From NCBI RefSeq assembly GCF_964355755.1, contig NC_092670.1:15982795-16046794 (forward strand): 64,000 nucleotides of DNA, given 5' to 3'. Source of the stretch: Antedon mediterranea. Lineage: Eukaryota > Animalia > Echinodermata. Both the position numbers and the translations under genes were made by a program. The notes under the pieces are model-generated. The model did no database searches. It saw nothing but the letters and a program-made list of their open reading frames with translations, and had not been told where the DNA came from. Of the stretch, positions 62,417 through 64,000 are shown one piece after another (the first letter of the stretch is position 1; every line of letters begins with the position of its first letter).

Positions 62417-63814
62417 CTACTGATTATCCATAATTTGCTCGGTTCTTTGACAATATTCATTTATTAATAAATCTTTAGAAGGTTGTTCCTGCTTTGAGAT
62501 GTTTTTTGGTAATTCTGGAAGAGGCACTGCAGATTCTGTATATTTGTACCTTATACCTGGGTCCATTCGTCTCTGTAGCGTCTTCTCAACCAGATCAACA
62601 ACGTAATCATATTTTTTAGCTTCATAAATTTTTTTGGCAGACCATGATCCATCGCCCCGTTTTGGGCAAACCATTTTGTATCGAAGATCACCTACAATTA
62701 AATTCAGAAAAACAAATCATTTTTAATAGGCCTATTATGTAGCTGGACTAGACAGTTTAGACATGGGTGAACAGAGAATATAATAAAATGTTGTATATTA
62801 ACTTAAAGTGTCTTATTATTTTATTACATGCATTATAAGTATTACCTGCAATTGTTTGTGCCTGTTTCCTGCCAACATTAGCATTATGATCTATAACTGC
62901 TAGCTGAGTCCTGCCTTGCATAGAACCATAATGAAAGTGAATTCGTTTTGGGGCAAACTTGGTGTACGAGGCATGATAGGACTCTAAGGTACCTGAATTG
63001 AAGAATTGAGCAGTGAGTAAGTAAAATGGGTTTTACACTAACGTTTAATTCTTATTGTCTACACAAAAAACATTTCACACCCACCAGTATGCTTAAATTC
63101 TCCAAGTTGACCAAGATCATTATCTAATCTTTTATCCAGTACAATTTTTTTCAAAGCATCATAGGCTGGCGAATCATATTCTAGCCATATCTTGCTTTCT
63201 GCTTCTTCTTCTGTTAGGGCACTGTGTGCACAGGTATTCTCAATCCCATCTTCCTCCCATCTGTGAACATTTACCACGTGATTTAAAATTGATTTCCACC
63301 TGTTTTTGAGTACCTAAACATTAGTAAAAAAATAGTGTAAAGCTCAATTTAGAGAATGATGATGATGGTGCTCTTTTTTCTTTTATACTAGTATAAGAGC
63401 AGTTTATATAGTACTGCAATATTTTTTATTGGACACAACTTTATTTTTATTTCTGTATTAATTATATAGTACTTATTAATAATAAACACAGTATAAAGCA
63501 GAACTGATTTTTTAATTTTGAGTATTTTATATATCAATTATCAATATGATGATGTACATAAATATATATTTTTGTTTTGTTTACAGTATATTGACAGGGC
63601 TTGTTAAGCACATCACAAGATGAGAGTTTCATTACTTTTGCTTTTCCTCTTCACCCCTGTCGATTGAAAAAAAAATTCACTAGTGGTCATACCTGGACAT
63701 CACCTTTACAAGTTGCACAACAGAACCACAAATGGTTTGTTATGCTCTTGGTCCACAATAATAGGTGCTCATTTCCCTTCTTTTTACCACTTGCCAAGAC
63801 TTTCTTTTTAATGC
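62417..63814 (-). CDS. Kolobok DDE transposase, last four exons (5' part outside the window)
   Basis: Exons 63814-63693, 63313-63085, 62992-62846, 62691-62417, in frame with GT-AG. Motifs W.KSITNHLWFC, W.SILNHV.NVH.W, CAHSAL, HTGTLESYHA..KFAPKR.HF...M.GRT.LA.IDHN.N..R. Confidence 0.85.
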
Positions 63815-64000
63815 CTGAAATATTTGATAAAATATACAATATAGTATTAGTAAAACAATTTATGAACTTTACAAACATGATTACAGTATATACTGTACTC
63901 GCTGGTGCTACACTAGTAGACTAGAAGAAGTGTCAATTGAAATTACACTGTGTGAGATGAGATAGATTAGAGCAAACTCATATAATGCTCATTTGTACAA

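Larger units (their letters stand above)
60175..64000. mobile_element. Kolobok-superfamily DNA transposon (one end visible; continues beyond the window)
   Basis: TTAA|AGGACAACTGTACCGAGG terminus (TTAA TSD plus purine-purine start), followed by convergent KolX and DDE transposase genes, the diagnostic Kolobok layout. Confidence 0.8.

Overview
AT-rich, intron-rich animal genomic DNA. It is probably a marine invertebrate deuterostome such as an echinoderm; this is inferred from Deu-domain SINEs, a CMP-sialic acid transporter and vertebrate-like intron structures. I built spliced models by hand for nine host genes: ATAD5 (3' end), GSPT1/eRF3, RSL1D1, an MCRIP/FAM195 homolog, PSMD12, PLA2G6, a glutaredoxin-DEP-DUF547 protein, a bacterial-type GST ending in a peroxisomal SKL signal, and SLC35A1. 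All complete models are in frame. There is one tRNA-Gly(CCC) gene. Mobile DNA includes an apparently intact, spliced Kolobok transposon (transposase plus convergent KolX/P2X7-ballast gene, cut by the window end), a decayed Academ element with a nested Rex1/Babar fragment, a young 5'-truncated L2/Crack-like LINE, tRNA- and Deu-SINEs, and many MITEs. Unusual signals: CTAGGCCTAG palindrome clusters that mark first introns, a mirror-symmetric bidirectional promoter, a splice donor repeated ten times, a GC-AG intron, candidate poison exons in PSMD12, and conserved GSPT1-RSL1D1 adjacency. Most short ORFs in the supplied track are exon fragments or noise.
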